From positions 53,570,001 to 53,634,000 of the forward strand of contig NW_024704743.1 in assembly GCF_018977255.1 (NCBI RefSeq): a stretch of 64,000 bases of DNA. Direction: 5' to 3'. Origin of the DNA: Callorhinchus milii (taxonomy: Eukaryota). The position numbers were made by a program, and so were the translations under genes. Under the pieces are notes generated by a model. It was given only the letters and a program-made list of their open reading frames with translations. It was not told the origin of the DNA and did not search any database. Below are positions 56,701 to 64,000 of this stretch, piece after piece (the first letter of the stretch is position 1; each line of letters opens with the position of its first letter).

Positions 56701-59700
56701 TACTGTGTTGAATTTTGCACAACAAAATAAAGAGGTTCAAGTGCAATTTATTTGAATTACAATGAAACTTTCTAACCATTGCTTAATTTTCTGTGTGATG
56801 GTTCATCAAAATGTACAGTCAAACAGAGCAGAAGCGACGTCATGAGATTTGCTTTTTCCTAAAGTGGAATGTTTCATTTCCCTAGCAAAATGGGCACTAC
56901 ATTCAATAATAATTACTCTAAAGTAGTTTGAGACTTTTCAACGTGGGACGTGTTATAAAAATACAAGTTCTTTGTTTGCTAACATTTAGGGTGTTTCAGT
57001 TGGTTCCACGTGGAACCTGTTGAAACTTGTATAATTGAATTGTTGCCACAGTCCTGGATTTTAAACTCATTACTTGTACATTAGTTGAATATTTGCTGGG
57101 ATGAAATTATTACAGAAGTACACAGCAATGGACATTAGTTCTGGCAGAGATCCAAATGCAGTGAGATTCACTGAAACTAAACAACAATAACATTTAGACA
57201 GTTTGTATAAATGCATCCACATCAATTCCGTTCAAATAGCTTAGTGAATATAAAGAAAACCATTTCTCTGACAGTGTTCAGAAATAGGAAAGTAAAGCCA
57301 GAGATTATGGAGTCCAGCAGCTCAATGGTTAGTGCACTTGCCTCGTAAGCAAGAGAACTGGGTTTGATTCCCGGCAGGGCGAAATGTTGGGCAAATTTCC
57401 TTACTCCACAAACTGCTGTGCACCTAGCACAGGGGAGGGCAAAAGGTGGCCCGCGGGCCATATCCAGCCCGCCAAATGATTCTATCTGGCCCGTCATTGC
57501 GTCTAGCAATAGAAAAAATTATAGTTCGTTCAGTGCCAGAAAGTCGTATTTGAATCTGACCGGGAAAATCAGCCAATCACACTGCTTAGTTGTGCGCAAG
57601 TGTTGAATCAGGCTGACGTCAGAAGTGTACGGATCGCGAAATTTTCAAACGCGAGTGTGCGGCAACCGCGGCAATACTTTTCACTGAAGAGAACGTTAAT
57701 TCGAAATGAGTTTATCAAAGAAGCGGAAATTGGATGCTGAAAGCTGAATATTCAACAAAGAATTGACTTCTGGAGATTTTTTTAGCAGTGTGGGTGGAAA
57801 ATAAAATAAAAATAAATTAAAAAATAAAATGAATAAAGAAAATAAAAACAGTGTGCAGTTACAAAACAAAGTAAGCAATTTTGCATGTTTTTTACTGGCA
57901 CTTGATGAGAGTTGTGATGTCAAAGACACACCAAACATTTTGAGTTCACAGAAGAATTGGCATCAATGCAGTCAATGAAAGATACAACAACAGGAGAAGA
58001 CTTTTTGGAGCCAGTAAATAAGTGTATCTTAAAATTAGGAGTGGAGTGGAAAAAATTGGTGGAAGTGACCACCGATGGAAGCCCAAATCTGACAGGCAAA
58101 AATGTTGGGTTACTGAAAAGAATTCAAGATCAAGTCAACGAAACAAATGCAGAACAGAATATTGTTTTTCTACACTGCATTATCTAGTGTCTCTGTCGTG
58201 GACACAGTTACGAAAGTGGTCAACTACATTTGAGCAAGAGGATTAAACCACAGGCAAATTGTAACTCTGCTTGAGGAATTGGAATCTGAGCACATGGATG
58301 TTCTGTATCGCACGAATGTAAAATTGCTTAGTTTAGGAAAGGTCTTGAAACGAGTGTGGGAACTGAGAATAGAAATTGATTTATTTTTGGACATGAAACA
58401 AAAAGATTCAGATTTCCCACAGCTGAATGATGGGAATTGGCTCTCTGATTTCGCATTTGCCGTTGATATCATGGGCCACATGAATGAACTGAATTCAAAA
58501 TTGCAAAGGAAGGGGGCCTTTGTGCACGATTTGTATTGCAGTGTGCAGTCATTTATGACGAAATTATTTATTTTATCGCGTCAGATAGGAAACAGGCCTT
58601 TGGCCACTTTCCAACTTTGCAGCAGATTACTGTTTGCGATCAAAGCCTTAAAAAGTATACTTCGTCACTACTTGACCTACATGCCGAATTTTCTTGCTGA
58701 TTCCAAGATTTCAATTTGATCGAAAATGAACTGTCTTTGTCTCTTCACCTTTCTCATTTGATGTTGACAAATCTCCATTTGACCTCCAACTCGAGCTTAT
58801 TGACCTGCAAGGTGATCCATTGCTTACAGAGCAATTCAAATCAGTGCCACTTCCCAGTTTTTACGCCTCTCTTAATGAATGTACCTTTCCAAAAATAAAG
58901 GCTCATGCCTGAAGGAAGCTTGTGCTGTTTGGATCAACATACATATGCGAGGAAACATTTTCTGTGATGAAATTCAATCAAAACATAGATCTGTGATGAC
59001 TGATGACCACCTTGCCTGACTCCGAGCCGAGGGGAGCAGGGAGGTGGCCGTAAGCACTGTCGCAAAGGAAGGTTTTCAGGCGGGACTTGAAAAAGGGGAG
59101 AAAGGGGGCAAGGCAGATGGATTGAGGGAGAGTGTTCCAGAGTTTTGGGGGGGTAGTGGCTGAATACGCGATCTCCAATAGTGGAGCAGAGGGTGCAATC
59201 GACATGTAGAAGACTGGTCCAATTGAGCGGAGGCGCTGGGTGATAGATTGCGGGTTGAGGTCAGAGAGGTAGGGAGGTAGGCAGGATGAGAAGGGTCTGA
59301 AAACCAACAATGATTAATGATTAAAATGATTAATCGTCAGTCTTGAATACTGATTCAATGTGACTTTCATGTGTTATCAATGTTAGTTTTACTCATGAAT
59401 TGTTTTGATTAAGTATCATCCTGGCTCAGTTGGTAGCAATTGTGCCTTTGAATTCAAAGGTTGTGGTTTGAATCCTCACGTCAGGACTTTGAGCTTAAGG
59501 TCTAGGCTGACGCTCTGCTGCATTGTTGAGGTGCGATCCTTCAGATGAAACATGAAACTTGGGTCTACTTGGCCTGTTGAGGTGGACATTAAAAATCCTA
59601 TGACACAGTTCAGAACCCTGGGTAACAATTTCTCAGATAAAATATTGATCATTCACTTCATAGTTGTTTGTGGGACATTGCTCTGCACAAATTGACTGCT

Positions 59701-60173
59701 GCATTAACTTACAAATACACAGTCATTATACTTTACAGAAAAACCTGTGTGACGTGCTTTGAGATGCTTTGACTTGATGAGGATTAATTATTTAGTATAA
59801 TGAAGTAGATAATTTAATACTTGTCCATTCCTCTCCCCCACCCCCCCCTCTCATACCTATCTATTAATATCAAACCAATTCTGAGGTACCAATCAAACAA
59901 ATTCTCTTTTTAGGAGCCAGTCTTCTAGATGTAACCCTACTTCACGTATCATAAGAGTGTATAAAAAGAAATTAGTTAAAGGAAGCTTTATACAGTGACT
60001 TTGCCTTCAAAAACTGTTCAGTTATATTTCTACATAGTTTTTTTGAAAATGGAAATCCGTAAAGATGGCTGTTCTTGTAGCATGTAGAAAACAGTGAAAT
60101 AAATGGAGTAGTGGGGGTCGATGCAGATTAACTGTGTTTATTTTCTATTGTTTACAGTTTGTTGTGGGGATGA
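47644..60173 (+). CDS. TOMM7: Mitochondrial import receptor subunit TOM7, join(47644..47746,53850..53898,60158..60173); 168 nt, 55 aa
   Basis: Spliced product [59 protein letters not shown] is clearly Tom7; introns are GT-AG. Confidence 0.97.
49020..49560 (-). mobile_element. Old L2 fragment
   Basis: [15 protein letters not shown]...[12 protein letters not shown]...[11 protein letters not shown]2 tail near 49030-49090. Confidence 0.7.
52814..52881. repeat. (TTAATTAAA)n, about 7 copies
   Basis: Directly visible. Confidence 0.92.
53425..53536. repeat. Two perfect inverted repeats (15-bp and 22-bp arms, 1-nt spacer) sharing one core
   Basis: CATTTTCTGACCTCT-T-AGAGGTCAGAAAATG (53425-53455) and CATCCTATGTAATCTGACCTCT-T-AGAGGTCAGATTACATAGGATG (53492-53536). 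Confidence 0.93.
53850..53898 (+). CDS. TOMM7: TOMM7 coding exon 2 ([17 protein letters not shown])
   Basis: ttttttgcag|GT TTC...CTG AG|gtaaat; 49 nt. Confidence 0.96.
54502..55524 (-). mobile_element. CR1 LINE 3' portion
   Basis: ORF 54586..55326 KCEVMHFG...DLGV...[14 protein letters not shown]...[14 protein letters not shown]; (TTCTATGA)n tail at about 54502-54518. Confidence 0.95.
57309..57429 (+). mobile_element. tRNA-headed SINE 5' half, cut by the hAT insertion
   Basis: ggagtccagcagctcaatggttagtgcac...cacctagca then CAGGGG. Confidence 0.85.
57430..59012 (+). mobile_element. hAT (Charlie/SPIN, GTF2IRD2-like) DNA transposon fossil, 3' end lost
   Basis: 5' terminus CAGGGGAGGGCAAAAGGTGGCCCGCGGGCC; disrupted transposase [82 protein letters not shown]. 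Confidence 0.93.
59013..59310 (-). mobile_element. L2 LINE 3' fragment abutting the hAT fossil
   Basis: PPYLSDL...[11 protein letters not shown]...FKSRLKTFL on the minus strand. Confidence 0.82.
59420..59785 (+). mobile_element. Older Deu-domain SINE; further copies at about 12340-12660 (-), 13025-13380 (+), 15080-15535 (-), 22630-22765 (-) and 44070-44260 (+)
   Basis: tRNA-like head then gctgcattgttgaggtgc...cagatga.acat.aaac...ggtggacattaaaaatcc core. Confidence 0.7.
60158..60173 (+). CDS. TOMM7: TOMM7 coding exon 3 (LLWG-stop), followed by 3' UTR
   Basis: tgtttacag|T TTG TTG TGG GGA TGA. Confidence 0.93.
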
Positions 60174-61286
60174 AAGGTGGATCAACCCAAGATGCAGCAG
60201 AGAATCTACACCTAAACCCCTTGCTGATTGGCAACACCATTTGGGAAGAACAGATCAATGGAATTGATTGATAAATCAAACGCCTAGGTTCACCATGTTA
60301 CTCTTGTTCAACACGAGCTGTTTCAGGGGAAATCCTACTGAGCCTCTTGTACTGAACTGTAAACCTGTCAAAGTTATGTAAATTCATTATTTCTGGGAGG
60401 ACACCAAACTGTTTCAAAAGAAATCAAAAACAAAGAAACGTTCTTACAACTGTATCTGTCTAAAAATTACTGTTGCGATTTACCACATGCACATTTGTGA
60501 CTTATGATTTAGAAATTTTACACACACCCTTAAACTATGGACCACATTTTATATTCTCGCGTCCTCTGAAGATTCTAACGTTATTTAAATAGATTACAAC
60601 CTTTTGTTTAAAAAAAAGGCACGTGTCATTTTGACAGATTACTGTTCTAAGACCTGAATGTGGTTTTAGGAAATTGTTATGTTTCAAACTTTGATTTGAC
60701 AAAGGTTATGATGAAAGTATAAAATGGAAATCAATCAGTTTAATAGTTTACATTGCAACCTCAATCCATGTGTATGTTTCTCTGCTACTCATTAAATTGT
60801 AGTACTTTGTACATCAGGTTGCGTAGATTGATCCCATTTTCCAATATCCTTGACCAGAGTAGTCCGATGAAATCATGGCCCCCGCGCCCCCTCTATTTCA
60901 TCTGGCCAACCTGCTCGCTCCATAACCCATCAATGTTATGTTTCTGGAAGGGAAACACAAAAATATTGCTTATGTGGTCCATGGAGGTTTCTCAAATGGG
61001 GCATCCAGCCCTGAGTAGCCAAAAGGTTGGACCACCCCATCCTATACCACTGTATCAGCACAAGCTGTATTCTGCTTCCTCGTGTATTATGAGCTGTTAT
61101 GCTAAAATCTCTTGTCAAAACAGGAAAGTACTTAAAATAACCAGGTTTTAAAAGTAAAACAAATCTTGTGTGAAATTTTTAACACTTGTTTATGGTTTGA
61201 CACACAGTACCACACTGTATTTTCAATTATTGCTGTTCCACGTTTTGGTTAATTTTGACATATCTGCTGTATTAACACTGGAAAAG

Positions 61287-61465
61287 ATAATAATAATAAT
61301 CCTTGCGTTTGATATAGCGCCTTATCACGTCTCCTAGACGTCTCAAAGCGCATCACAGACTATACTGTAAATTGAATTGACTGCATATTTTATGGGTGAA
61401 ACGCGGAAGTCAATTGTGCCAGCAGCATCCCACAAACAGTTGTGGATTGATTGAACAATGTATTA
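61287..61465 (-). mobile_element. SINE 3' half; similar tails at about 4785, 19413, 48343, 50864 and 52030
   Basis: aataataatccttgc.tttgatatagcgccttatcacgtc. Confidence 0.85.
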
Positions 61466-61469
61466 TTAT

Positions 61470-62970
61470 TAAGACAATCTTGGGAGGCTAAGGACAACCT
61501 TGAATCCAAAGTTGAGGGAATCCGCTCAGCTGCCTCTGCCATTCCATCTACTACCCCCTCCCCATCTCCCTCTCGGCCCCTACCCATCTCTCCTTCCACA
61601 CCTTCGAACCTGTCTTACACTCCTCTCTCATCACTACTATAACCGGCATGAAACCAACCACCTACTCCCTCGACCCCATCACTACCCCTCTGATTACCTC
61701 CCAGCTCCACCTCCTTGCCCCTCTACTCACAGACATCATAAACCTCCCCCTGTCCACTGGTACTGTTCCCGCCCCATTGAAAACTGCTGTCATTACTCCT
61801 ATCCTTAAAAAACACTCCCTGGACCCTTCTCTACTCCCTAACTACCTCCCCATCTCTAACCTCCCCTTCCTCTCCAAGATCCTGGAAAGAACTGTTGCTT
61901 CTCAGCTTCACTGTTTCTTCTCCCGCCACTCCTGTCTTGAACTCCTCCATTCGGGCTTTCATGCCACCCACAGGACAGAAACAGTGCTGGTCAAAGTGAC
62001 AAATGACATTCTGTCCATCTGCGACCAGGGATCCCTCTGCCTCCTCATCCTCCTTGACCTCTGCTGCTTTTCCACACCGTCGACCACTCTATCCTCATCC
62101 AACACCTTTCGTCTCACCTCAACCTCCATGGATCTGTTTCAGATCGTACCTCTCACGCCACCTCCACTTCATCTCTACAAACGGTCTCTCCTCTAGCTCG
62201 TGGTGCGTTCCTCCGGGCTCTGTTCTTGGTCCCCACCTCTTCATTATCTATATGCTCCCTCTTGGTGACATACTCCACAAACATGGGGTTAACTTCCACA
62301 TGTATGAGGATGACACCCAATTCTCCCTCTCTATCTCCACCCTTGACACCAGGACCACTGCTGTGCTGACAGAATGTCTGTCAGACATCGTCCTGGATCA
62401 GAGCTCACTTTCTTCAGTTGAACGTCGACAAGACCGAGGCTCTCCTGATTGGCTCCCGCCAGCGCCTCCGCACCTCATGCACTGACAGCATCACCATCCA
62501 TGGTTACACACTCCATCTTGCTAAGCCAGTCCAGAACCTTGGCATCTTGTTTGACCCTCAACTATCCTTTCTACCCTACATCTGCGCCATGACCCGCTCT
62601 GCCTTCCCTCACCTCCGCAACATCGCCCGGCTCTGCCACTGCCTCACACCGCAGGCCGCCGAAACCCTCATACGCTTTCATTACATCGAGGCTTGACTAT
62701 GCAAACTCCCTGCTTGTCGGCCTCCCCAACTCCTCCCTCCACAGGCTGTAGATCATCCAGAACTCTGCAGCCCATGTCCTCTCCCGCACCAGACTCCGTG
62801 ACCTATCACCCCCGTCCTTGCCCGACTCCACTAGCTTCCCATCACACAGAGGATACAGTTCAGGATCCTGGTCCTCACCTTCAAAGCCCTCCATGGTCTT
62901 GCTCCCCCCTACCTCTGAGACCTCCTAACCCCCTACCATCCTGCCCGCTCCCTCCACTCAGCGGGCTGGG
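61470..62970 (+). mobile_element. L2-clade LINE ORF2 fragment, same family as 8831-10545
   Basis: SLDPITT, PISNLPFLSKILE, HMYEDDTQF, NVDKTEALLIG, LRNIARL; high nucleotide similarity to the 8.8-10.5 kb copy. Confidence 0.95.
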
Positions 62971-64000
62971 TCTGCAGTACACCAAGGCACTTCTGGTGAC
63001 AGACCAGGAAGTTGCCAGGACTTTGAGGGACAGACCGGTTACTGGGGGCAGGGATATGCGTTCCAGGACGTTACCCTGCGTGAAGTTGCATCCAAGTTGT
63101 TGTTAATGTTGATTCTTTCCCCGAGGCTTCTGTATATCAAAGTTCTAATAGGGTGGTTCCAGCTGGACAAACAAGCGGAGCTTGCTAGACTGTGCTTTCA
63201 ATGGCAGACTTATAGTTTTACTTGTTTGAACTCCAGAACTTTCGCAGTATCCCAACACACACTGTAGGGACGCCAACCTCGAATCTTGCCAATTAAACTA
63301 TGTGCCTAATTCTCTCCGGAATTAGGAAATCCAGTGCATTTCTCTAGGGGTGCGCATTACATTCCAAACACAGGGAAATTCCCATGTGCATGTGACATAC
63401 ATATGCAATGCTGGAGCTTGAACAGACTATGAAGCAGTTCTCTAGGTGCTTATTGGCTTTAAATGGTTGGCTAAATTTACTACTATAAGCATAGAAACGT
63501 AACATTAGTTGAAAGCTGCAACAAGACATTTGTCACAGTAATTGTGATTATTCCTGACAAAAGCACACTTGTGTTTTGGTTACTGGTCATTTTCCCTGTG
63601 ACTGAAGATTTATCCCAGTCGTGAGTCAGTTACTGGAAGGAAATTCAGTATTTATTAATTGATAACCACTGTCTGAAGTGCATAGATATGGGACAATTCA
63701 AAGAATGTTCTTTGTTCTGCGCAGAAAAAATAACTTACATCAACAACCCGCCTTTATTTAGATATTGTTAGAACCCAATAAAATACTCTGACTCATTCAT
63801 TCCTCTGGCCGGAACAATTTGTCAAGTTTTGCTAGTCTGTGCCAGTTTCGCTGAGCAACCCGCAGCATATAATTCTGACACAGAGCAATTGCTTTTGGCA
63901 ATCAGGAATGTTTTTCATTAAAGATATCGTACACTCTTTTAACAGGCTGAAACCCAAATCACATTTTATTTATTATTTTGTCTTTTCTCCATTCTTATGC

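Noticed and set aside
62980..63300. Possible minus-strand exons of a neighbouring gene such as IL6
   Set aside because: AG/GT pairs exist but the translations resemble nothing I recognise

Overview
Vertebrate nuclear DNA, not prokaryotic. The repeat landscape (CR1 and L2 LINEs, tRNA-headed and Deu-domain SINEs) suggests a cartilaginous fish (inference). Two spliced genes lie on the + strand in the same order and orientation as I recall for human 7p15: HYCC1/FAM126A (hyccin; 10 coding exons, 7051-36653, 511 aa) and TOMM7 (3 coding exons, 47644-60173, 55 aa). All junctions are GT-AG and phase-consistent. The most informative region is the last HYCC1 intron, which holds a stop-containing alternative exon giving a second C-terminus (411 aa) with downstream RBFOX motifs, a candidate poison exon with QKI/RBFOX motifs, and a 2-kb gag-only Ty3/Gypsy LTR element with LTRs, PBS, PPT and TSD. 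Upstream of TOMM7 is a 1.8-kb GT-rich minisatellite with about 40 co-oriented AGAGGGCGCT (CTCF-like partial) sites. TOMM7 introns hold twin palindromes and a hAT transposase fossil. Most ORFs in the supplied track are repeat-derived or spurious. I found no convincing wholly new multi-gene system; the best leads are regulatory and splicing architecture and transposon biology. Repeat boundaries are approximate, and family assignments come from recognition of the sequence rather than a database search.
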